Source: Amphiscolops sp. MND2022
Lineage: Eukaryota
Direction of reading: 5' to 3'
DNA: 64,000 nucleotides
NCBI GenBank assembly: GCA_964187785.1
Contig: OZ076416.1
Coordinates: forward strand, 55,800,001-55,864,000
Shown here: positions 63,355 to 64,000 of the stretch, one piece after another
Position numbering within the stretch: the stretch's first letter is position 1
Layout: each line of letters opens with the position of its first letter
The notes under the pieces: model-generated
The model's input: only the letters and a program-made list of their open reading frames with translations
Databases searched by the model: none
Told to the model about the DNA's origin: nothing
Translations under genes and position numbers: made by a program

Positions 63355-64000
63355 TTACGATCGAATAGGCTGAAAAATGACGATTTTAATGTTTGAGTTG
63401 AAAAAAATTTGATATAAGAGGGAGAAAACAGTTGGCCAATGGAGTTTATCATAGCCGTTACCAAGTCGTGGAAGGCCTATTTCTGTAATATTATGGCGCT
63501 CCATATGGCGCTTCATGGCGAGAAGGCTCATTTGAAGAGTATCATAGGAAGAGCGATGAAAAAATTTTCGTTTCGTGACTAAATTGTAGATGAATTTGTT
63601 TGTAGAATGATCATAACACGCAATCAAGGATCCCGGTGGGGGTCTCGTAAGAGTCACTTTGTGAAGATTTTGTACCGCTGGATAGCGTGGCGATACAGCA
63701 GCCGCCAAGCCTGTATAATTTGCCAAATCGGAGGAACCGCAATACGCAAAGGATGTATTTGTAGATAGAATATTTGATTGAGAAAAACAGAATTTTGGAT
63801 AGTTTGTGGACGCCACAATTGCATTTACATCATTATTTGACAATCGCTTTTTCAAATTCGTTAGCGAGTAGCGTGCTTTTACTTCCTTTTGTCGCCGAAG
63901 GTACTCAGGTGGCGTTTCAGATTGCCCTGAGTGCGTAGATGGTCTTGAACTATGGACCGGAGATGGCCCCGATGATTGCATCATAGTAGAGTGACTGGTT
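63355..64000 (-). CDS. TARG1/OARD1 (Poa1p-like) macrodomain at the end of a frame that stays open to the window edge (probably the pol C-terminus)
   Basis: AYCGSSDL..TGLA, FIYNLVTKRK, YDTLQMSL.AMK, I.LPRLGNGYDKLHW match the recalled TARG1 pattern, including the Lys (VTK) and Asp (GYD) dyad. No upstream stop between 63984 and 64000. Confidence 0.9.
   Translation of the reverse strand, partial: TSHSTMMQSSGPSPVHSSRPSTHSGQSETPPEYLRRQKEVKARYSLTNLKKRLSNNDVNAIVASTNYPKFCFSQSNILSTNTSFAYCGSSDLANYTGLAAAVSPRYPAVQNLHKVTLTRPPPGSLIACYDHSTNKFIYNLVTKRKFFHRSSYDTLQMSLLAMKRHMERHNITEIGLPRLGNGYDKLHWPTVFSLLYQIFFNSNIKIVIFQPIRS

Larger units (their letters stand above)
57070..64000 (-). mobile_element. Env-bearing Ty3/Gypsy (errantivirus-like) element 3, 3' half; continues beyond the window
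   Basis: On the minus strand: open frame from the window edge ending in a macrodomain, accessory region, env, PPT, then a TG...CA LTR with the same termini as elements 1 and 2. gag, pol and the 5' LTR are not visible. Confidence 0.75.

Noticed and set aside
63355-63984. Macrodomain as the host OARD1/TARG1 gene
   Set aside because: It is intronless, preceded by a low-complexity retroelement-like linker, and lies on the same strand upstream of env, PPT and LTR, so no host gene symbol was assigned.

Overview
Eukaryotic (intron-bearing, probably invertebrate animal) repeat-dense DNA made almost entirely of nested retroelements. No host gene could be called with confidence. It holds three related Ty3/Gypsy-type LTR elements whose LTRs start TGTCAT and end CGACA. 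Element 1 (8568-23791, +) is young and near complete, with gag-pol plus a six-exon antisense gene (predicted 1168 aa) that looks like a catalytically dead hAT-type transposase. Element 2 (24854-33063, +) is decayed and carries a remote homolog of that antisense cargo. Element 3 (57070 to beyond 64000, -) is an env-bearing, endogenous-retrovirus-like element. It has an intact 785-aa class I (F-type) fusion protein, a TARG1/OARD1-like macrodomain, a four-exon antisense gene (integrase-type H2C2 zinc module plus OTU-like protease) and a 100-aa single-pass membrane protein. The rest is BEL/Pao and LINE fragments, a modular non-autonomous repeat family, short tandem repeats and three multi-kb tandem duplications with 1-4 bp junction microhomology. 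The best candidate for an undescribed system is element 3, which pairs a fusogen with macrodomain and OTU-like cargo, the enzyme classes RNA viruses use against ADP-ribose and ubiquitin signalling. The second is the repeated use of intron-containing antisense cargo genes by these LTR elements. All domain calls are by-eye motif recognition; no searches were run.
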